Source: Verrucomicrobiota bacterium (lineage in GTDB: Bacteria > Verrucomicrobiota > Verrucomicrobiia > Limisphaerales > CANJXF01). From it: DNA of 31,241 bases. This document shows positions 24,348 to 31,241 of the stretch, piece by piece. Below the pieces are notes generated by a model. That model was not told where the DNA came from and did no database searches. It saw only the letters and a list, made by a program, of their open reading frames with translations. Position 1 is the stretch's first letter. Every line of letters begins with the position of its first letter. The stretch covers positions 1 to 31,241 of the forward strand of contig JBDSLX010000265.1 of the NCBI GenBank assembly GCA_039916145.1. The letters are read 5' to 3'. A program made the translations under genes and the position numbers.

Positions 24348-26087
24348 TTATGGACTTGCAACCGCACGGTAAAATCGTGTGTTCGAGTTTGAGGAAGTTG
24401 TATCAACAAATACAAACTGGGAGGAGGGCAACACCAGGTCGGCCAACCCTGTCCAGTTGGTCGCTGGAAGGGACGAGGCGACTTCCAGCCGATGACGAAA
24501 TCCGAGGCTTCCCTGGATGGTCACGGTCACCGGATCTGTTTTCTGGATGCTTAATCCAGGAGATGGAGGAGTAAAAAAGCCGACGAAAGGCGCGCCGGTT
24601 TGCAGTTTGAAGAGCGCTGCATCACCACCATTCAAATTCAAAACAAGTTGTCTTTTGCCGCTGCCTATGTCGGTCATGGTGTTGGTTTGTAACAAGCCGC
24701 TGACCGGATCAAGCAAGACGGCCGTCGTTTGAGGAGGGTTGGCAAAGTTAAGCTTTATCTCCTGCATGCAATCGGCGGCGGTGCCGGTCGGGTCAGTTAG
24801 TCCATTGACCACCATAAAATAAGTTTGATTATTGTAATTGGTTCCGTCGAATCCTTCATCCATCGGCTTGAACCACGAAATAATTACGTCACCGCGCTGC
24901 CCGTTATTTTTAATTCCTGCTTTATTCGTTACACTCCACCCGTTTAAAAAGGGATCATTGCGCTGGTAAACCCAGTCTGTGTAATTCTGGTCTTGCGGGT
25001 CTTGTAAAAAGCCTGTCGGAATCGGCGTTAAGTTGGTGTTCGCATCTTTGCCGCGAAGAATCATAATGCTCGTCGTATATCCTGCATAACCTTCGATGGT
25101 AATCGGGGTAAGACGTGTCACTGCTTTGCCAAAATTTAACGCGCGCTTGTTAAGGTTTGTCATTTCAGCATAAAGACCGTTGGTGCTGATGACACTATCT
25201 CCCGAGCCGTTGAAAGTTTTGGTGAACAACGACCCGGCACTGGTGTTGTACGTAAAATCCGTGAAAAATTTCACATTAAATGCCATAGCCGCAAAAGTGT
25301 TGAGGCGAAGTTCTGATGGCGATGGATCACGAAAGCAATGTCCGTCGTAGTCCTGGACGGCGTGAAATGTTTGCCGATAAATTGCCAGCGGAATACCAGC
25401 GCCTTTGGCGTGTTCGCGATCCTGGCGTAAGTAGCCATACCAGGCAGTAGGTGGTCCAGAAATCGGAGGACCTGTGTGATTCGCTTGGTTTGTGTCATAA
25501 ACCGATTCCCAAGGATAGGTATCGAAACAAAGCATGTCAGGCTGCGCACGACTTATGTAATCACCCAACGCCCCGTCGCCGATCTGACCGCCCCAGTTGT
25601 TGTGATAAAGAATTGCATTGGGCCAATTGCTGCGGACCGTGATAAACCAATTCACCAAACGCGTGCGTGTCGCCTCGTCATTCAAATTCCATTCATCGCC
25701 AAGTTGAACGCTGACAAGCTGGTTGGTGTAAGGAATTTCGTTTGTTCGCGAAAACGAGTCTCCGTTTCCAGTTTGGCCGACACCCATCGTCGGCATGTTC
25801 GTTTCATCGGAAACCCACCGCGCCCACGGAAAACCCGGCGTCGGACCAACGAAGGTTGGAATGGGTCCAAGATTTCCGGTGGAATTCCACAGAAAATTTA
25901 CGGCGGTGTAATTCGCATTTGAATAGGTGTCCAAATGAAAATAGTTGTCCGGCTGAACTAGTCCCTGAATCTGCAATCCGCGCTCGATTAGTATCCGGTT
26001 TCCCTTGCTCAGTTGAGCATGACCCGTTTGCGCATGAGACAAGAAGGCTAAAAAAATTAACGCGAAACAAAGTCGTAAAAAAGACAT
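24348..26087 (-). CDS. Secreted protein, putative glycoside-hydrolase-like TIM barrel with a C-terminal RFYR domain
   Basis: Signal peptide; QLGDEW, LCFDTYPW and MAFNVKFFTDFTY resemble clan GH-A-like barrel strands (recalled similarity only); ends TRFYRAVASP. Confidence 0.7.
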   Translation of the reverse strand: MSFLRLCFALIFLAFLSHAQTGHAQLSKGNRILIERGLQIQGLVQPDNYFHLDTYSNANYTAVNFLWNSTGNLGPIPTFVGPTPGFPWARWVSDETNMPTMGVGQTGNGDSFSRTNEIPYTNQLVSVQLGDEWNLNDEATRTRLVNWFITVRSNWPNAILYHNNWGGQIGDGALGDYISRAQPDMLCFDTYPWESVYDTNQANHTGPPISGPPTAWYGYLRQDREHAKGAGIPLAIYRQTFHAVQDYDGHCFRDPSPSELRLNTFAAMAFNVKFFTDFTYNTSAGSLFTKTFNGSGDSVISTNGLYAEMTNLNKRALNFGKAVTRLTPITIEGYAGYTTSIMILRGKDANTNLTPIPTGFLQDPQDQNYTDWVYQRNDPFLNGWSVTNKAGIKNNGQRGDVIISWFKPMDEGFDGTNYNNQTYFMVVNGLTDPTGTAADCMQEIKLNFANPPQTTAVLLDPVSGLLQTNTMTDIGSGKRQLVLNLNGGDAALFKLQTGAPFVGFFTPPSPGLSIQKTDPVTVTIQGSLGFRHRLEVASSLPATNWTGLADLVLPSSQFVFVDTTSSNSNTRFYRAVASP

Positions 26088-26093
26088 TTTATA

Positions 26094-26122
26094 ATCGTAA
26101 TCTACGCGACAACCTGCAACAA
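26094..26122 (-). promoter_or_regulatory. Sigma70-type promoter 6 nt before ATG 26087
   Basis: TTGTTG, 17-nt spacer, TACGAT, 6 nt, ATG. Confidence 0.45.
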
Positions 26123-26281
26123 GAAGTTATCTGAAAATTTGACAAGGTGGCCGCTGGCGAGTGCCAAAATAAAAAAACTCCGGCCCATCACGCTTGTTCT
26201 GCAAAACAAATTCATGCGCGCAAACCTATCAGCGAGTTTGTGCCTGAAAAACTATCATTTCGCTCACATCCGTTGTAACAA

Positions 26282-27487
26282 ATGAGGATGCTCAAATCAT
26301 CTCAGGCGCTTCTGCTTTCTGCCCTTTTGATCGCGCCGACCATCGGCTGCAATCACACTCTTAATTCTCGCACCACCTCGAACCCGCATGACGCAGGCGA
26401 TGGAGAAGTGGCCATCCGTGAAGTTTCGGATTATGTGTTTGGCGGTTACACCGGCGAATTTTCAAGCCCTCCTCACGCCGACAACAATCCCAAACGCGCT
26501 CTCGTTATTTCCTGGAAAAAATTTCCGTTTCGTTTCGTTTTTGCGCACGAGGGGAGCTATTGCCCTTGGTTTGAATTTCCCTCCGGCGCGGGACATTGCT
26601 TTCAATTCTTTGAAGGCAACGATGGCTGGGCGGAATTGTTCAACAATTTTGGACGGCAGGAAACCAACAGCTTTGTTGAAGTGCTCGAACGCGGTCCGCA
26701 ACAGGTTCATGTGCGCTGGACTTATTTTGGCGTCAATCAGGAAAACGGCGCGCGCGCTTATCGCGCCATCGAAGACTTCCGCGCTTTTCCCAACGGCCAC
26801 ATTTTGCGCCGACAAAGTTTTACCTCGCTCATGCCTGGCGATCATCGCGGTTACGCCCGCGAACCCATTGAAATGATCGGCATGTGTCCGAAAGAAAAAT
26901 TTTGGTTCGACATTTTGCGCCGCGATCCTGCCACGGGTGATTCCCATGCGCTGGCGGTGCTCGACGCCTTTTCCACCAATCGTTACGACGTCTTCTGGCG
27001 ACGCGAACCCAGCACGCTTTACAAATCCATGCCCCGTCGCACGGGCAATTCGTGGAAAGTTCTCGACGACGCTGCCGGTGTCGCGCTCGTCACGCCGTTA
27101 CGTGAAGGCGCCGCGTTTTGCGTGCTCGGCGATGCCGGTGGTTTTGGCCACGACTTCACGCGCATCAAAGACCATTCGTATCCCGACACCGGCGGCATCG
27201 GCTGGGTGTCGCAATGTTGGGACCACTGGCCCATCGGTTGGCTCAATAGCCAGGGGCATGAAGTCACCTCCGATTCGCTCTCGAACTACCCCAATCACTT
27301 CTCGCCCGCTGGCACGGACTTCTTTGCTCTGCCCAACGCACAGGTCGAGCAGCGCGATTTTTACTCGCTGCTGGGTGTCGGCGGAAACGATCTCGAAGCC
27401 GTTCGCAACGTGGCGCGACGCTGGCTGGGTTCCGGCGAAACCAACATTGGCAAAAACATTTCCCGGTTACCAGCAACCTTTCCCTAA
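26282..27487 (+). CDS. Hypothetical lipoprotein
   Basis: 401 aa; lipobox-like TIGC; aromatic/acidic beta-rich body; no family recognised. Confidence 0.7.
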   Translation: MRMLKSSQALLLSALLIAPTIGCNHTLNSRTTSNPHDAGDGEVAIREVSDYVFGGYTGEFSSPPHADNNPKRALVISWKKFPFRFVFAHEGSYCPWFEFPSGAGHCFQFFEGNDGWAELFNNFGRQETNSFVEVLERGPQQVHVRWTYFGVNQENGARAYRAIEDFRAFPNGHILRRQSFTSLMPGDHRGYAREPIEMIGMCPKEKFWFDILRRDPATGDSHALAVLDAFSTNRYDVFWRREPSTLYKSMPRRTGNSWKVLDDAAGVALVTPLREGAAFCVLGDAGGFGHDFTRIKDHSYPDTGGIGWVSQCWDHWPIGWLNSQGHEVTSDSLSNYPNHFSPAGTDFFALPNAQVEQRDFYSLLGVGGNDLEAVRNVARRWLGSGETNIGKNISRLPATFP

Positions 27488-27518
27488 ATGGCCATAAGGA
27501 TCAGCATCGAACCTCCGC

Positions 27519-28490
27519 TTACCTGTTAATCCGATGGCGCTGAAAAGAGGCGGGTGTTTGCCCGGTGACATCGAGTTCCACGCTCAAGTAGCCGCCGTCT
27601 TTCAACAACTCAATCCCCGCCAGCGACGGACACAAACGCACGTGGAAATGCCGCCAAATCCGCGCGCGCTGCAACGCCGTCGTGGACCGTTTAATCGTCG
27701 TCCCAAGGAATCGGATCGCCGGCATCCCCGCGATCATCCTGCCCTTCCACAAAATCAGAGGCGAATGCAAATGGCCGATGATGGTTTGCTCCAGTTGAGG
27801 AAGTTTGTCGCGCACCGCTGCTTCTTCCCAAAGAAATGGCAGCGCAGTTGGATCGTGACAAAAAAGAATTATTTTTTGCTCCGGTTTCAGGCAGGCAAAG
27901 GCGCCGCGGATTTTGACGAGATGATCTTCGCGAAGACGCGTCCATTCCGAAAATTCTTCAGGCAAGGCGTCAGGTTCAAACACCGGCAGCGCAACCAACG
28001 AGGAAACCACTCCGAGCAAAACATAATTGCCGAATTCCAATCTCCAGAACGGTTCGATACCGAGTTCTTTTTCCGCACGATGAAAACTGGCGACGCGCAT
28101 CCCGCCGCGATTGCCATAGAAACTGACCTTGCCCAGTTCATGATCGCCGAAGACCGCTTTGAAATCCGGCGCGAATTCGGCGCGCAATTTTTGCAGGCAT
28201 TGCTGCGCGCTTGCAAACGAGGCGTCATCGCTCACACCGAGAAACGCCGAGTCGCAGGAATAATCTCCATTGGCAATGACCAAGTCCGGCTTTCCCGCGC
28301 GACTGATGAATTGGTCCAGCAAATGATTCTGCTCCGTCGGCGCCCGCAACCAGATGTAATGGCGAAAAAGTTTTACCGCCAAACGAAGCAACGGGTTTTT
28401 GATGGCGCGCCCCTCGTGTCCCCGCCGCGCTTGTTCGGCCGCGCAGGCGAAATGTATGTCGCTGACGATGAGAATGGTTTTGCGCTGCAT
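27519..28490 (-). CDS. Calcineurin-like metallophosphoesterase
   Basis: SDIH, NGDYS, GDHE, CHDP and GHLH motifs; no signal peptide. Confidence 0.85.
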   Translation of the reverse strand: MQRKTILIVSDIHFACAAEQARRGHEGRAIKNPLLRLAVKLFRHYIWLRAPTEQNHLLDQFISRAGKPDLVIANGDYSCDSAFLGVSDDASFASAQQCLQKLRAEFAPDFKAVFGDHELGKVSFYGNRGGMRVASFHRAEKELGIEPFWRLEFGNYVLLGVVSSLVALPVFEPDALPEEFSEWTRLREDHLVKIRGAFACLKPEQKIILFCHDPTALPFLWEEAAVRDKLPQLEQTIIGHLHSPLILWKGRMIAGMPAIRFLGTTIKRSTTALQRARIWRHFHVRLCPSLAGIELLKDGGYLSVELDVTGQTPASFQRHRINR

Positions 28491-28522
28491 TGAATTTTAA
28501 AGACACCAAACGAATTGCGCGC

Positions 28523-29620
28523 TCAATAGTCTTTGCGAAAAACCGGGAAGACGATGTTGAAGATGGTGCCCTTTTGCGGTTCACTTTCCACCGTAATGGT
28601 CGCGCGATGTTCGTTGATGATTCGCCGCGTGATCGGAAGCCCAAGCCCCGTTCCTTTTGGTTTGGTCGTGAAGAACGGCTCGAAGACTCGGGCGAGATTT
28701 TCCGGTGGAATGCCAGGGCCGCTATCGCGAATAATCACGCGAAGCTGCGTTGGATTTTTCTCCCGCAGCGCCTCGGCCAACACCGGATCTGCGTCAATTG
28801 ACTCCGTCGAGATGGATAAGCTCCCGTTGGATTGCAGCGCCTCAAGCGCATTAAAAAACAAATTCAGAAACGCCTGTTTCAATTGGTAATCATCCCCTTT
28901 GATAATGTCGGACGCAGCTGCGAACGACCGCTCGATTTTAACATTTTTTTGATCCAACTGATGTTGAATGAGTTTAAGCGAATGATTCAACAGATCATGC
29001 AAATGAAGCGGCGCGAGCTTCGGCTTGGCCGGACCGGAAAAGGTCAGCATCTGGCTGACAATCGAATCGATGCGAGTCATTTCGCGCCCGACAATTCCCG
29101 CCAGTTCATCCTGTTGATTGCGAGCGAGCAGCAAATCGGTAAATGTCCGAACCGCGACCAGCGCATTTTTGATTTCGTGCGCCATGCTCGCCGATAGAGT
29201 CCCTATGCTGGCCAGTCGATCAATCTGGGCGATTTTTTGTTCCATTTTTTCGGCGCAACTAAAATCATTCAATACCGCGACTGCGCCGAAAATTTTCCCA
29301 TCGTCATTTTGAACCGGAGCAATATTGACCTGAACGCTCAATTCGCCGCGAGTTTGATGAAACAATTTGGTTTGCGCCGAAACAGGCTGGCCACTCGACG
29401 CCGCGAGCGCGAAAAGTTTCTGCAACGTGTCCGGCAACGCTTCGATTTTGTTGCCCAGAATTTCGTCGGCCTTAACTCCGATGAGGTCCGCCGCTTCCAA
29501 CGTAAGCAGGGAAATTTTATTTTTTTTATCGAGGGCAATGACGGCGCAGGAAACACATTGGCGGAGTGCGTCGGTCACACTCAAATTTTCGTCAAGGTTT
29601 TGGGCGGAATCATTTGGCAT
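28523..29620 (-). CDS. Cytoplasmic PAS-domain sensor histidine kinase (NtrB-like)
   Basis: PAS-like N-terminus, H-box MAHEIKN, N-box LNLFFNALEA, G1 DSGPGI, F-box FEPFFTTK and G2 GTGLGL; no TM segment. Confidence 0.92.
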   Translation of the reverse strand: MPNDSAQNLDENLSVTDALRQCVSCAVIALDKKNKISLLTLEAADLIGVKADEILGNKIEALPDTLQKLFALAASSGQPVSAQTKLFHQTRGELSVQVNIAPVQNDDGKIFGAVAVLNDFSCAEKMEQKIAQIDRLASIGTLSASMAHEIKNALVAVRTFTDLLLARNQQDELAGIVGREMTRIDSIVSQMLTFSGPAKPKLAPLHLHDLLNHSLKLIQHQLDQKNVKIERSFAAASDIIKGDDYQLKQAFLNLFFNALEALQSNGSLSISTESIDADPVLAEALREKNPTQLRVIIRDSGPGIPPENLARVFEPFFTTKPKGTGLGLPITRRIINEHRATITVESEPQKGTIFNIVFPVFRKDY

Positions 29621-29838
29621 ACACTTTTGCGATCAATATTTGCCCCGGACGCGCACAGACATATCTGAAACGGCAGCAAGTTCAAAATTTAAAACAGATT
29701 CTCCCGAAAACGGACCCTTGCTGGTAACAGGACAAATTGTAGATGCTCTTTCAAAGTGGACAACCAAAAAGCTGCGGCAATTTTTCTTCCTTCAATCGCC
29801 TCCCCTTCGCTAGGCTGATTTGCAACGCGAATTCGATA

Positions 29839-31241
29839 ATGAAAACGAATTTTTTTTCGGCTCTGGTTCTGATCAGTGCATCACACTTTTTAACCGCCGC
29901 TCCCATTGCGCCGCTTGGAAAAAATGGACACGCGCTCAACCTCGATTTTGAAGACGGCTCGCTCAACGATTGGAAGGTCGAGGGCAACGCTTTTGAAGGA
30001 CAACCAATCAAAGACGACACGGTTGCCAAACGAAATGGGCCGGGCGGAACCAGTTCGCATCAAGGCCAGTATTGGATTGGCGGTTACGAAATTGGCGGCG
30101 ACGATTTACAAGGTTCGCTTACTTCGGTTCCTTTCAAGGTGACCCAGCGTTGGGCGAGTTTTCTGATCGCAGGCGGCAATTGGGAAAAGACGCGCGTCGA
30201 ACTGGTTGATTTCGAAACGGGAAAAGCATTCTTCAAAGTCTCCGGCGAACAGAGCGAAAATTTACGGCCCGTCGTCGTCGATTTGGAAAAGCAACTCGGC
30301 CAAGAAATTTTCATCCGCATCGTGGACGAGCAACAAGGCGGCTGGGGCCACATCAACTTCGATGATTTCAAATTTTTTGCAGAACGTCCGAAATTCCCCA
30401 ACGAAATTGATCCGAAGAAACAAGCTGTGCCCGAAGCCGACACCGTTCTTTACGAAGGTCTTTCTCCTGACGATGCCGTGGCGAAAATGACGGTGCCGCC
30501 CGGTTTCAAAGCGACACTTTTCGCGGGCGAACCGGATGTGAAACAGCCGATTGCTTTTGCCATCGATCATCGCGGGCGATTGTGGGTTGCGGAAGCTTAC
30601 ACCTATCCGAAACGCGCGCCGGAAGGAGAAGGCAAAGATCGCATCATCGTTTTCGAAGACACCGACGGCGACGGCAAATTCAACAAGCGCACGGTTTTCA
30701 TGGAAGGTTTGAATCTCGTCAGCGGAATCGAACTCGGTTTCGGCGGCGTGTATGTCGGCGCGGCGCCGTATCTGATGTTTATTCCGATTGCAGACGGCGA
30801 CGAACCAAAGCCCGCTGGCAAACCTGAAATTCTCCTCGACGGCTGGGATTTCGCGCGCGACACGCACGAAACTTTAAACAGTTTTAAATGGGGTCCCGAC
30901 GGCTGGCTCTACGGTTGTCACGGCGTTTTCTGTCCATCGCTCGTTGGAAAACCGGGCGCAACCGAAAGCGAACGCCAATGGATGGACGCAGGCATCTGGC
31001 GTTATCATCCAACGAAAAAAGTTTTTGAAGTGTTCGCCGAAGGAACGAGCAATCCGTGGGGATTCGATTTCGACGAACACGGCCAGTTGTTTGAAGAGGC
31101 CTGTGTCATCCCGCATTTGTTTCACATGATTCAAGGCGGTCGCTACCAGCGTCAAGGTGGGGAACATTTCGCCATCAATGTGGATGAAGTTGCGCGTAAC
31201 GAAAAGTTTCGCGATAAGGCGAGTCGCAAACCGATTTTTCC
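29839..31241 (+). CDS. PVC-type membrane-bound dehydrogenase-domain protein (family usually carrying a C-terminal CxxCH heme-c domain); 3' truncated
   Basis: Not in the ORF track. Manual translation: MKTNFFSALVLISASHFLTA, a beta-sandwich LDFEDG...GGWGHINFDDF, then MTVPPGFKATLFAGEPDVKQPIAFAIDHRGRLWVAE...DTDGDGK...WGPDGWLYGCHG...NPWG. CxxCH itself is not within the window. Confidence 0.9.
   Translation, partial: MKTNFFSALVLISASHFLTAAPIAPLGKNGHALNLDFEDGSLNDWKVEGNAFEGQPIKDDTVAKRNGPGGTSSHQGQYWIGGYEIGGDDLQGSLTSVPFKVTQRWASFLIAGGNWEKTRVELVDFETGKAFFKVSGEQSENLRPVVVDLEKQLGQEIFIRIVDEQQGGWGHINFDDFKFFAERPKFPNEIDPKKQAVPEADTVLYEGLSPDDAVAKMTVPPGFKATLFAGEPDVKQPIAFAIDHRGRLWVAEAYTYPKRAPEGEGKDRIIVFEDTDGDGKFNKRTVFMEGLNLVSGIELGFGGVYVGAAPYLMFIPIADGDEPKPAGKPEILLDGWDFARDTHETLNSFKWGPDGWLYGCHGVFCPSLVGKPGATESERQWMDAGIWRYHPTKKVFEVFAEGTSNPWGFDFDEHGQLFEEACVIPHLFHMIQGGRYQRQGGEHFAINVDEVARNEKFRDKASRKPIF

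Noticed and set aside
26139-26170. Perfect TTGACA on the plus strand and TGGCAC on the minus strand
   Set aside because: TTGACA has no -10 at 16-18 nt (CAAAAT is 20 nt away); the TGGCAC...GC spacing is 1 bp short of the strict sigma54 spacing.
27534-28493. 319-aa plus-strand ORF exactly antisense to the metallophosphoesterase
   Set aside because: No motifs, no signal and Arg/Phe-rich composition; typical of a codon-mirror shadow of the real gene.
28523-29620. Assigning ntrB/ntrC gene symbols to the kinase and regulator
   Set aside because: The two genes are 27 kb apart and no glnA/amt context is present; family-level similarity only.

Overview
A 31-kb core-chromosome window from a Verrucomicrobiota bacterium, most like subdivision 3 (Pedosphaera/Limisphaera-like). 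This is inferred from a VPDSG-type PEP-CTERM protein, an H-X9-DG-type prepilin, a PVC-type 'membrane-bound dehydrogenase' protein and C-terminal RFYR domains. It holds about 25 CDS (two truncated by the window edges and absent from the ORF track) and tRNA-Ala(CGC). Housekeeping and regulatory genes: rpsU, HIS6-type hisA, recF, an NtrC-family regulator and a PAS histidine kinase. Envelope and export genes: tamB, an Omp85/TamA gene, a TPR protein, a purple acid phosphatase, a pseudopilin, an ABC pair and several lipoproteins. No integrase, transposase, phage gene or CRISPR array was seen. Best leads: (i) two unrelated secreted proteins share a ~60-aa C-terminal domain ending RFYR-x4-P-stop, a candidate sorting signal; (ii) a strong Thr-Asn (TN >> NT) dipeptide bias in those proteins and in TamB/TamA, absent from the PEP-CTERM protein, a candidate modification sequon; (iii) a TPR protein with a predicted mature N-terminal HGDLH next to the phosphatase; (iv) nested REP doublets of two covarying families, one supplying a gene's stop codon; (v) a sigma54/enhancer-like region upstream of the PEP-CTERM gene; (vi) several apparently leaderless genes. 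All calls come from reading the sequence by eye; no searches were run.
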